Below, in pieces: positions 46,655 to 55,856 of a stretch of DNA of 64,000 bases. How positions within the stretch are numbered: the stretch's first letter is position 1; every line of letters starts with the position of its first letter. This DNA comes from Bacteroidales bacterium (lineage in GTDB: Bacteria; Bacteroidota; Bacteroidia; Bacteroidales; UBA12481): the NCBI GenBank assembly GCA_028686135.1, contig JAQUCP010000007.1:49647-113646 (forward strand). The letters run 5' to 3'. The notes under the pieces are model-generated. The model saw only the letters and a list, made by a program, of their open reading frames with translations. It was not told the DNA's origin and did not search any database. A program made the position numbers and the translations under genes.

Positions 46655-47876
46655 ACGATCCCTTCCCAAACCCCATTTTCCCGAACTTATCCGCAACCAC
46701 ATTATAAACATTTCTGGCCGTTTCGATATCGAGGCCGGCTTTGGCAGCGAGCTTTTCGATATCTGGTTCCAGGCCTGCGTTAAAGTCGGGTAGGATCAGG
46801 CTCATGAAGTAATTCAGGTTATCCAGCGATTCTTTTTCTTCCGGTGAGCTTTCAACATCGAACAGTTTATCGTATTCAAACAATCGTATCTTTTTCCTGA
46901 AGATCTTTTCAGATGTGAGCAACATGGATAGGTTTACCCGAATGTCGGGTTCTTCTGAAAACTGAAAACCGAATTGGTTGATGGCTTTCACTAGAGCCAG
47001 AAATCCGCGATCGGTGGAAGAGGTAAGCAATACCTTTTTTTTCTTTTCATCAACATAGATCTGAGAAAAATGTGGATGACCACCCCATCTTTTCAGCGTT
47101 AAACGGTAAACCTCATGACTATACTCCGAGGTGAAGTTCTTTTTTAAGGTTGTAGTATCAACATGAACCCCTGGGTATTCCGCATAAACCTGTAGCATTC
47201 GGTCCTGCTTATGGACTGTGACCGGAATGGTTGCTCCGGTCAGTAACATCATGTAGGGTAGTGGATTCTTGTCGATACTCCTGACAATATCCTCTTCCGC
47301 TTCAATTCGGGGGTCGCGCTCGGTGGCGAAAAAGAAGATGTCATCGGGCTCGAAGCTTCTGTAAGCACCGATCGGGCCAAAACTCTGCCAGCATGCACCA
47401 TTGAAGCTGATGAGGTTGAACCAGAGCGATACAGGCCTTTCTCTGAGATAATCGGAGGTTCCCGGGGAATACAGCAGGAATTGTTCGCCTGTGAGAATAT
47501 CTTCCATCTCGAAAAAATCGGAAGCCGGATTTTCAATGATGCTGCTGAAGCAAAACCGCCATGGCTGTCGGGCATGATGTTCCAGAAATTCCATCTCTGT
47601 TTGGCCAAGCTTCTTCAATTCAGCATGCGGGAGCATTTTCCTGATCAGGCCGCCTGACCTGAAGATCTGATGGGCCAGATACTGAGCCTTCAACCGGTTA
47701 ACCCACTCCTTTTCAAGTTCGCTGGTCACATGCCTGTACACGGCAAAGGCTTCAGTCATGGTGCGGTCTAAACGGTATTTTACAGCTGCATGGTACAAAA
47801 GAAAGTCGTCAATGACAGATTTCGAAATTCTACTGTTGGTTTCACAGACCTGGAGGATTGATTCAAAGTTTTTCAT
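46653..47876 (-). CDS. Hypothetical protein, 407 aa, no family recognised
   Basis: Long uninterrupted ORF with ordinary amino-acid composition. It has no signal peptide, TM helix or motif I can identify. Confidence 0.6.
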   Translation of the reverse strand: MKNFESILQVCETNSRISKSVIDDFLLYHAAVKYRLDRTMTEAFAVYRHVTSELEKEWVNRLKAQYLAHQIFRSGGLIRKMLPHAELKKLGQTEMEFLEHHARQPWRFCFSSIIENPASDFFEMEDILTGEQFLLYSPGTSDYLRERPVSLWFNLISFNGACWQSFGPIGAYRSFEPDDIFFFATERDPRIEAEEDIVRSIDKNPLPYMMLLTGATIPVTVHKQDRMLQVYAEYPGVHVDTTTLKKNFTSEYSHEVYRLTLKRWGGHPHFSQIYVDEKKKKVLLTSSTDRGFLALVKAINQFGFQFSEEPDIRVNLSMLLTSEKIFRKKIRLFEYDKLFDVESSPEEKESLDNLNYFMSLILPDFNAGLEPDIEKLAAKAGLDIETARNVYNVVADKFGKMGFGKGS

Positions 47877-48093
47877 TGTTTACCCCTGTAAAAGTTTTCT
47901 TCCTTTTGATGTTAGCTTGTCTTTTTGGAGCTTGATTTTTGGTTAGCCCTAAAATGGTTAACAAAGTTGATCCTTATCAATACCCAATTTTTCAGTGTTT
48001 TGCTAAAAAAAGCATTTTGGAGCAATTTTCAATCTAAATCTGCTTATAAATTATTAACAATCAGCTAATTAATTGTTATTAAGAATCAACAAG

Positions 48094-48312
48094 TTAGTGC
48101 TTGATTATTTCCTGCTCCTTTTTTCTCCGATAAGGAACCAGAGTGGTATTAGGGGCAAAGGCGGTCAGTTTTTCTCCAAGGATGGATTCGATGTCCGGAA
48201 TCACCATTTCAACCGGTTGTGCGCTCTGCAGAACCCAGCGGGTTTCAACCGGTTTCCTGATTAGGCCTGGATCATGGGAATCTTCAAATGGAATGTAAGC
48301 ATGCGGTGGCTC
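48094..48312 (-). pseudogene. Start-less 72-codon open frame, probable gene remnant
   Basis: My translation is EPPHAYIPFEDSHDPGLIRKPVETRWVLQSAQPVEMVIPDIESILGEKLTAFAPNTTLVPYRRKKEQEIIKH*. It is bounded upstream by an in-frame TAA. The only ATG is at codon 36, and the 5' side runs into the EEP gene region. Confidence 0.4.
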
Positions 48313-48347
48313 TTATTTTATATCTTCATGATCTTATTTCGGCGCTT

Positions 48348-49145
48348 ATGAAATTCAAAACTTGGTTACTCGTCCTACTGATGATTATGGCAAGAGGGGC
48401 CGCCGGGGCCCAGCCGGCAACCGACAGCAGTAGGATAGTCAGGGTGCTGACTTTCAATATTCTGCATGGGGCTACTCTAAAGGGTGATTTTAACCTGGAG
48501 GTGATCGCATCGGTTATCAGGAGTGCCAATCCGGATTTTGTGGCTCTTCAAGAGGTTGATTACATGACGAAGCGCGACGGAAAGCTCGATCTGGCAACGG
48601 AACTGGGGCAACGCACCCGGATGGTTGGCCTGTTTGGCAGAGCCATGTATTTCGATGGCGGGGAGTATGGGGTCGGGGTCTTGTCGCGATACACCCTCCT
48701 CTCCAGCCAGAATACAGGGCTGCCCTATACCCCTGGAAATGAGCCGCGTACTGCGCTCAGGGTCACTACGGTGATGAGCTCCGGCGATACCATATCCTTT
48801 ATCTCTACCCATCTCGATTACAAGCGCGACGACCGCGACCGGGTGGCTCAGGTGCGGAAGATCAACGATATGGTTTCGAAAAGCAGCTATCCGGCCATTC
48901 TGGCGGGCGACCTGAATTGCGAGCCGGGAAGTGCCCCGATTAAAATCCTGGGTGAATTATGGGGAAATTCTGATGATCCGGATCACATTCTCCCCACGTT
49001 CCCATCCGATAATCCAGTTGAAAAGATCGATTATGTGATGTTCTACCCGAAAAACAGATGGAAAGTGTTGGAAACAAAGGTTATTCAAGACAAAGTAGCA
49101 TCGGATCACTGTGCTTATCTTTCAGTTATTCAGTTAATTAATTAG
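48348..49145 (+). CDS. Endonuclease/exonuclease/phosphatase (EEP) family protein, secreted
   Basis: Signal peptide MKFKTWLLVLLMIMARGAAGAQ, VLTFNILHG, ALQEVD, STHLDY, AGDLN and a C-terminal SDH motif. I place the start at ATG 48348. Confidence 0.85.
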   Translation: MKFKTWLLVLLMIMARGAAGAQPATDSSRIVRVLTFNILHGATLKGDFNLEVIASVIRSANPDFVALQEVDYMTKRDGKLDLATELGQRTRMVGLFGRAMYFDGGEYGVGVLSRYTLLSSQNTGLPYTPGNEPRTALRVTTVMSSGDTISFISTHLDYKRDDRDRVAQVRKINDMVSKSSYPAILAGDLNCEPGSAPIKILGELWGNSDDPDHILPTFPSDNPVEKIDYVMFYPKNRWKVLETKVIQDKVASDHCAYLSVIQLIN

Positions 49146-49268
49146 TTGTTCAAGTTTTTGGGTGCCGGAAGCCAACACGTGTACCCCTTACCCAAAAAGT
49201 ACCATCGGTTTAGGTGGCTCTTTTATTTGCTTTTTCTTACCTTCGGAGAAGAAACCAGCAGAACAAAT

Positions 49269-49994
49269 ATGAAAGCACCCGTTTTTCTCCTGATCATCGT
49301 GGCAGCAACCTGTTTTTCTTCCTGCTCGAAAGATCCACTCGATCGAGCTTCTGGCACTTTTACCGATTCACGGGATAGCCATGTGTATAAAACCATCAAA
49401 ATTGGTGACCAAACCTGGATGGCCGAAAACCTGGCTTACTTGCCTTTTGTGACTCCCATTACTACTTCATCTAGAACCGAGCCCTGTATCTATGTCTATG
49501 GTTATCAGGGTGATGAATGGGCAGAAGCTAAGAATGTCGAAAGTTTTAACACCTACGGAGCCCTGTATAATATCCAGGCAGCCCTGACACTCTGCCCTCC
49601 GGGTTGGCATCTGCCCAGTATGGACGAGTGGCGGGAAATGGCTGATTATCTTGTAGCTAACGGTTATAATTACGACGGAACAGATAGCCTGTACAAAATT
49701 GCTAAAGCTTTGGCTTCAACATCCTACTGGGAGATATCAGACGTGGAGGGATCCCCAGGCTTTGAGCCCGAAAAGAACAATTCGTCCGGTTTATCACTCG
49801 AACCAGGTGGATATATGGCCTCCGCCGGAGCTTTTAAAAAGATGGGGACTGTGGGATACTGGTGGACTTCAACCTGTAGTGATGATTGGTATTACGGAAT
49901 TCAACGAGTCACAAACACCAGTACCACAATCGGTTTTGGTACCGAAGGCTATACAGGTGGCGGCTGGAGCGTTAGGTGCGTTAAGGATCGATGA
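49269..49994 (+). CDS. FISUMP-domain (Fibrobacter succinogenes major paralogous domain) lipoprotein
   Basis: Lipobox CFSSC, then F.DSRD...Y..IKIG.Q.WMAENL, GALYN, CPPGWHLPS..EW, GYWWTS and WSVRCVKD. I place the start at ATG 49269. Confidence 0.85.
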   Translation: MKAPVFLLIIVAATCFSSCSKDPLDRASGTFTDSRDSHVYKTIKIGDQTWMAENLAYLPFVTPITTSSRTEPCIYVYGYQGDEWAEAKNVESFNTYGALYNIQAALTLCPPGWHLPSMDEWREMADYLVANGYNYDGTDSLYKIAKALASTSYWEISDVEGSPGFEPEKNNSSGLSLEPGGYMASAGAFKKMGTVGYWWTSTCSDDWYYGIQRVTNTSTTIGFGTEGYTGGGWSVRCVKDR

Positions 49995-51241
49995 CAGCCC
50001 AACCATTCCAAACCAAAACTTCCGCTTTTAATCGGAAAATCGTCCTGTTTTTGATCAGTCAGAATGTCTCCCTGTTCGGGTCTTCTGTGGTCGGATATGC
50101 AATTATCTGGTACATCACCCTGGAAACTTCATCCGGCACCTGGCTGATGCTCTCCACCATCTGCGCCCTGGTGCCCCAGGTCATCGTCTCCCTCTGGGGT
50201 GGAGTCCTTGCCGATCGTTACAACCGTAAGCATCTGATCATGCTCACCGATGCCTTCATCGCCTTGTCAACTTTCGGTCTCGCGCTGGCCTTTTGGAGTG
50301 GTTTTAAACACCTGGAACTACTCCTCGCCGTTTCGGTGGTTAGATCCATCGGTGCCGGAATCCAAATCCCGGCTGTAGGTTCGATTTATCCACAACTTGT
50401 AGAAAGAGAGCACCTTACAAGGGTTCAAGGGGTGAGCCAAACGGTTAGCTCCGTTCTGATGCTGGCTTCACCAGCCGTTGGCGGACTGGTTCTGGCAACC
50501 ATGGATATCGCCTGGGCGTTTATGCTGGATGTGGTCACCGCTGCCGCCGCGATCGCCATCCTGGTGTTTATCCGGGTGGATAAAGTGCTCCGAACCGATA
50601 CCCCCGGCTCTGTCCTGAACGAAATCAGGCAGGGCATTGCCTATACATTCGGTAATCCTTACCTGAAAAGAATTGTCATCTGCTACGGGTTTGCTTTCTT
50701 TCTGATCACCCCGGCAGCAATCCTGACTCCCCTGTTGGTCGAAAGAAGCTTCGGTAGCGATGTGTGGTATCTGACAGCCAACGAGATAGTCTGGAGTATA
50801 GGCTCCATCATCGGCGGGGTGTTCGTTTCCCTCATCGGCACCATCAAAAATAAAATCCGAACTATCGCACTCTGCTTCCTGGCTTTTGGTATCACCTTTA
50901 CCCTGCTGGGCATCGCTGGAGATTTTATTATCTATCTGATAATCATGGGTGCAGCAGGTTTCTTTTTACCAATCATCGCTACCGCCGAAACCGTCTTCAT
51001 CCAGGAAATCACCGAACCAGCCAAAATGGGCCGAGTGTTTTCTATCGTCCAAATCATCACCGCTGCCGCCATGCCACTGGCAATCCTGCTGTTTGGCCCA
51101 TTGGCCGATGTGGTAACTATCGAGTTACTACTCATCATTTCAGGATTGCTGCTGGGCCTCGTGGGAGTGCTGTACTATCAGAGCCACCGAAAACTCAACC
51201 TTCATCCGGAACCGTACCAGGCAGAACAGCAGATTACCTGA
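49991..51241 (+). CDS. MFS transporter (MFS_3/enterobactin-exporter-like)
   Basis: 12 predicted TM helices and an LADRYNRK loop motif. It overlaps the FISUMP gene's stop by 4 nt. Confidence 0.85.
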   Translation: MTAQPFQTKTSAFNRKIVLFLISQNVSLFGSSVVGYAIIWYITLETSSGTWLMLSTICALVPQVIVSLWGGVLADRYNRKHLIMLTDAFIALSTFGLALAFWSGFKHLELLLAVSVVRSIGAGIQIPAVGSIYPQLVEREHLTRVQGVSQTVSSVLMLASPAVGGLVLATMDIAWAFMLDVVTAAAAIAILVFIRVDKVLRTDTPGSVLNEIRQGIAYTFGNPYLKRIVICYGFAFFLITPAAILTPLLVERSFGSDVWYLTANEIVWSIGSIIGGVFVSLIGTIKNKIRTIALCFLAFGITFTLLGIAGDFIIYLIIMGAAGFFLPIIATAETVFIQEITEPAKMGRVFSIVQIITAAAMPLAILLFGPLADVVTIELLLIISGLLLGLVGVLYYQSHRKLNLHPEPYQAEQQIT

Positions 51242-51250
51242 GCTGCCCGG

Positions 51251-54200
51251 TTACCTCCGCCGCCTAATTTTAGCCTGCGTGCTTGCGGCAATTTGATACA
51301 TGGCAGGAACAACCAACAGGGTGATGAGCGTGGCGAAGGCGAGACCAAAAACCACCGCAGTGGCCAGCGGGCCCCAAAACATCGCGTTGTCACCGCCAAA
51401 ATAGATGTTGGGATTGAATTCCGTAAACAGAGTCACGAAATCGATATTCAGACCAATGGCCAACGGTAACAGCCCAAGAATGGTGGTCACCGCCGTTAGC
51501 AATACCGGCCGCAGCCTGGTTTTCCCGGCCTCTTCAATGCATTCACGCGCTACATCCGGAGGTAACAGATCATCCTCACCAAGCCCCAACTCCAGCCGCT
51601 TGCGCTTCTTCAATAGCGTGGTGTAGTCAACCAACACAATCGCATTGTTAACCACTACCCCCGCCAGGGCTAAGATGCCAATTCCGGTCATTAGAATGAC
51701 GAAATCCATCCTGAAGGTAGCCAACCCCCCAAATACCCCGATGACTGCAAAAAAGACACTCGCCAGGATGATCAAGGGCTTGATAAAGGAGTTGAACTCC
51801 GTTACCAGAATAATCAACATCAGCGAAACCACTAACAATAAAGCTATTATCATGAAATTGGAGGTCTCGGCAGTCTCTTCCGCCTCGCCCGTAAGCTTAA
51901 TATTATACCCGTCAGGGAGAGATAAATTTGCCAGTAAATTGCTGATCTGCTGATTGATAGAGGTTGAATTGTAGCCTGGCATTACATTCGACTGGATAGA
52001 GACTTCGCGCTCCATATCGATTCGGTTTACCGAACCAAAAGTCGAAGAGTATTCAAACGTGGCCACCGCCGAAATGGGAATCTGCCCCATCTGCCCTGTG
52101 GCACTGTTCATAAAGGGTATCTTTTGATTCATCAGCAGGCTGAGATCGTTACGGTAGGATTCGGCTAAACGGATCTGAATAGGAAACTCATCTTCTCCGA
52201 CTTTAAAATCAGAGATCTCCTTGCCAAAAAGGGCGGTACGGATGGTTGAGGCAATCATCATGGTGGACAAACCATAACGCATGGCTTTGTCGCGATCGAT
52301 GTGAACCAACAGCTCAGGTTTGCCCAGCTCGATATCGGTTTTTAACCCTTCAATTCCCTGAATTCCTGAAGATTCAATGACTCTGATGATCGTGTCGGCA
52401 TAGGACAATAGCTGATCCAGCTCTTTTCCCCTGATCTCAATATTGATGGGGATACCCGTAGGCGGACCGCGCTGCTCCTGCTCAATGAAAAAGTCAACCC
52501 CGGGGTATTGATCGATCAGGGCTTCGCTTAAATCTTCACTAATCTGGGTTGTGCTGACACCCTTTCGCTCAACAAAGTCGATAAAGTACAGCTGTATCAT
52601 GGCGCGGTGGGGACTATCGCCCTGGGCGAATTCCTGCGACCGTCTAACTCCTTGTCCAACAGTTGTTAACATTGATTCCACGATGGGCATCCGTTCTTCG
52701 CCAATCACCTCGATGATGCGTTGCTCCATAACTCTGGCCACGGAGTCGCTCACATCAATGTCGCTCCCCAGCGGCAAGTCAGCGATGATGTTGATGTTGT
52801 TCGGATCGCCTTCGGGGAAGAATCGTACCTCTCCCATCCGGAGGCTAAAAAGAGCCATGGTAGCCACGAATAGGCCTACCATACCCAGAATGAACCACAT
52901 CGGGCGACGGCCAGCCAGACTATAACGAATGAGCCGGTCGTAGCCGTTCTCCAGCCATGTTAGAAAGACTTCCTGGAACCATCGGGCTAATCGTTTCATG
53001 AAAAGCTGATGGGCCAACATGATCAGAGCAACCAGCATGACTATATTTGCAATGGCGTATAAACCAGATATATACAGTGGAATGGACAAAATCACCAAGG
53101 CTGCGGCGATGATATAAACCCTCTGCACCGGGGCTTCCTTCGCGCCCGGCTTGTCGAACGTGTTGGTGAAAACCGGCACAAAAACCAGCGCAACCAGCAG
53201 GGAAGAGGTGAGCACAATGATCAGAGTGATAGGCAGATACTTCATGAACTCGCCCACCATTCCGCTCCAGAAGAGCAGCGGTAGGAAGGCGGCCAAGGTG
53301 GTGAGGGTGGAGGTGATGATCGGCCCGGCAATCTCCCCAACCGCCTGCCTGGCGGCTTCAAAGAGACTGTAGCCCCGGTCGCGGTAACGCGTGATATTCT
53401 CCACCACCACAATGGCATTATCAACCAGCATCCCCAAAGCCAGAATGAGGGAGAAAAGCACGATCATGTTGATCTGGGAGTTCAGGAGGTTGAGAACCAC
53501 AAAAGTGATGAGCATGGACAGGGGAATCGAGATACCCACGATCAGGGCATTGCGCATCCCCAGGAAAAAGAATAGTACCGTGATCACCAAAATAACCCCC
53601 AGAATAATGCTGTTTTCGAGGTTGCTCAGTTGCGATTTGATATTCTTCGACTGATCGAAGGTGTAGTCGATACGAAGATCGGGGGGCAGCGTGCCATCTT
53701 CCACGGCTTCGTCCATAATGCTGAAGGCAGCGTTGGCTGCGGTAATCAGGTTTTCCCCTGATTTTTTAACCACACCAAGGGTCACTACCGGATTGCCATC
53801 CAGCCGGGCATAGGATTTTTTGTCTTCAAAGCCATCGGAAACTACTGCCACATCTTTCAGATATACTGTCAGCGTTGGGTCCTGCCGGATAATGATGTTG
53901 CGGATATCGTCAATGCTCTCGAATTCACCGACAGTCCTGACCGACCGACGGGTGTCTCCCAGCTTCAGTTCACCGCCAGCCAAGGTGATATTCTCCATCT
54001 TGATGATATTCTCGATAGCGGAAAAGCTGATACCCAGCGCTTCCATCCGGGCCAGATCGAGTTCAACCAGTATCCTCCGCTCATCTACCCCGCTGATATT
54101 GACTTTCGAGATCTGATAAACTCGCTCCAGTTCATCGCTCATCTGATCGGCATAGCGTTTTAGCTCAGGGAGAGAATAGTCGCCCGAAAGGTTGATATTC

Positions 54201-54646
54201 AGGATCGGGAACGAGTTAAAATCCAGATCTCTGGCCACTGGATCGGTCATCAGATCATTAGGTAACTCGCTCTTAGCTTTATCGATAGCATCTTTGACGT
54301 CAATCAGAGCTTCCTTGATATTCACGTTGGTATTAAACTCAACGAAGATGATCGAGAAGTCCTGCATCGATTGGGAGCTCACCTCTTTAATTCCCGTAAC
54401 TGATTGGATCTCATTCTCCAGCGGTCGCGTGATCAGGTTTTCAATGTCTTCGGGAGAGTTTCCGGGATAGGGAGTCTGCACAAAAACCGTGGGGTTATTG
54501 ATCTCCGGGAAGAGCTCTTTGGGCATGGTCACGTAGGAAATGACCCCGAATACCAACAGAATGATGACCGCCAGAAATACGGTATTCCTGTTTCTCAGAG
54601 CCAGGGTGGTCAGTTTAAATTCCCTGATTATCTCTTTCTTTTCCAT
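51251..54646 (-). CDS. RND efflux transporter permease (AcrB/AcrD/AcrF family)
   Basis: 1131 aa with a duplicated 6-TM plus large-loop architecture and typical RND N terminus (LRNRNTVFL, ...PEI..P.V.V.T.YPG). Confidence 0.95.
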   Translation of the reverse strand: MEKKEIIREFKLTTLALRNRNTVFLAVIILLVFGVISYVTMPKELFPEINNPTVFVQTPYPGNSPEDIENLITRPLENEIQSVTGIKEVSSQSMQDFSIIFVEFNTNVNIKEALIDVKDAIDKAKSELPNDLMTDPVARDLDFNSFPILNINLSGDYSLPELKRYADQMSDELERVYQISKVNISGVDERRILVELDLARMEALGISFSAIENIIKMENITLAGGELKLGDTRRSVRTVGEFESIDDIRNIIIRQDPTLTVYLKDVAVVSDGFEDKKSYARLDGNPVVTLGVVKKSGENLITAANAAFSIMDEAVEDGTLPPDLRIDYTFDQSKNIKSQLSNLENSIILGVILVITVLFFFLGMRNALIVGISIPLSMLITFVVLNLLNSQINMIVLFSLILALGMLVDNAIVVVENITRYRDRGYSLFEAARQAVGEIAGPIITSTLTTLAAFLPLLFWSGMVGEFMKYLPITLIIVLTSSLLVALVFVPVFTNTFDKPGAKEAPVQRVYIIAAALVILSIPLYISGLYAIANIVMLVALIMLAHQLFMKRLARWFQEVFLTWLENGYDRLIRYSLAGRRPMWFILGMVGLFVATMALFSLRMGEVRFFPEGDPNNINIIADLPLGSDIDVSDSVARVMEQRIIEVIGEERMPIVESMLTTVGQGVRRSQEFAQGDSPHRAMIQLYFIDFVERKGVSTTQISEDLSEALIDQYPGVDFFIEQEQRGPPTGIPINIEIRGKELDQLLSYADTIIRVIESSGIQGIEGLKTDIELGKPELLVHIDRDKAMRYGLSTMMIASTIRTALFGKEISDFKVGEDEFPIQIRLAESYRNDLSLLMNQKIPFMNSATGQMGQIPISAVATFEYSSTFGSVNRIDMEREVSIQSNVMPGYNSTSINQQISNLLANLSLPDGYNIKLTGEAEETAETSNFMIIALLLVVSLMLIILVTEFNSFIKPLIILASVFFAVIGVFGGLATFRMDFVILMTGIGILALAGVVVNNAIVLVDYTTLLKKRKRLELGLGEDDLLPPDVARECIEEAGKTRLRPVLLTAVTTILGLLPLAIGLNIDFVTLFTEFNPNIYFGGDNAMFWGPLATAVVFGLAFATLITLLVVPAMYQIAASTQAKIRRRR

Positions 54647-54665
54647 GGATTTCTTTCTTAGTTGG

Positions 54666-55811
54666 TTACGCTCCGGTTATCTCAAGGAGACTACCATCTT
54701 TGATCTGGTTGTATCCTTTTGTGACCAGCCTGTCGCCTTCAGCCAGACCGTTGGTGATTACTGTTTTGACCCCATCGGAAGGACCGGTTTGGACATAGCT
54801 TTTCACGGCATAGTGGTGGCCGTCACGTTCCACGGCTTTGTACACAAAGGCACCCTGGAAGTCGTGGCGAACCAAAACAGTTGGCACGGTAATCGTTTCT
54901 TTCAGGTCGAATATCTTTAACCGTATGGTTGCTAACATATTGGGTTTGATCTCATGATCAGAATTCGAAAGCTCCACTCGCAGGCTAAAGGTGCGACTTT
55001 GGGGATTGATCACCTGGCTCAAAAACGTGATCGGCACCTCCCTGGGTTTGATATCGAGGGAGGGAAACTCCAGGGTGACCGGGTCGCCCTTTTTAACGGA
55101 TCCGATAAAAGCTTCGGAGACTTCGGTATTCACATAGAGTTGCCCGGCATTCACCAGATCGATCACGGCGCGGCCCGGGGCTGCATTTTCGCCTATTTTA
55201 GGGTAGATCTTCTCGATCCTGCCATCAAAAGGTGCCTTGATCTCCGCCATTGCCAGCTGACTCTGGAGGGTCTCCATCGTCCGCTCAAGCGATTCTTTCT
55301 GATTTCGGGATTGGATATACTGAATCTCAGATCCAACACCCTGATCCCAAAGCTCTTTCTGCTTTTCATACAGGGTGCGGGCTAATTCATAGGCCTTTTC
55401 CAGCTCCGAGAGACTATTTTTCATCACCGAAGCATCCAGCGTGATCAGCTTTTGGCCTTTACGCACGGTTTGCCCTTCGCGAACATGGATGTTAAGGATC
55501 CGACCCGAGATCTCCGGGGTGATGGCTGCCGTATTAACGGCCTCCACTAATCCACTTAGTTGAATATAGTCAGTAAATGAACCAGTTGCAAGGGGTTCTA
55601 CCACAACCTTCACCTGGCGTGCTCCATCGGATAGATCCATCGTGCTCAGCTCAGCCTCCAAATCTGCAAGCTGTTGATTCAGTTTGCTGATCTCGTTGCG
55701 GGTTTTGTTGATCTCAAGGATCACCTGATCGGCATTCCGCTCTGGTGAACAGGCCACCATCAGCATAGCCAGGGCAATAACGGGAATGATCACTTTTTTC
55801 ATTTTGTTCAA
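54666..55811 (-). CDS. RND efflux periplasmic adaptor (MFP/HlyD family)
   Basis: Lipoprotein-like N terminus (MVACS), then coiled-coil hairpin, lipoyl and beta-barrel segments. It sits between the TolC-like and RND genes. Confidence 0.92.
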   Translation of the reverse strand: MNKMKKVIIPVIALAMLMVACSPERNADQVILEINKTRNEISKLNQQLADLEAELSTMDLSDGARQVKVVVEPLATGSFTDYIQLSGLVEAVNTAAITPEISGRILNIHVREGQTVRKGQKLITLDASVMKNSLSELEKAYELARTLYEKQKELWDQGVGSEIQYIQSRNQKESLERTMETLQSQLAMAEIKAPFDGRIEKIYPKIGENAAPGRAVIDLVNAGQLYVNTEVSEAFIGSVKKGDPVTLEFPSLDIKPREVPITFLSQVINPQSRTFSLRVELSNSDHEIKPNMLATIRLKIFDLKETITVPTVLVRHDFQGAFVYKAVERDGHHYAVKSYVQTGPSDGVKTVITNGLAEGDRLVTKGYNQIKDGSLLEITGA

Positions 55812-55856
55812 TCTTAATATCTTCTAAATCAATCTAATAGTCGGTAATCTCGACAA

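Noticed and set aside
48073-48264. 63-aa plus-strand ORF in the spacer upstream of the EEP gene
   Set aside because: It is antisense to the more protein-like remnant frame at 48094-48312 and has no recognisable features.
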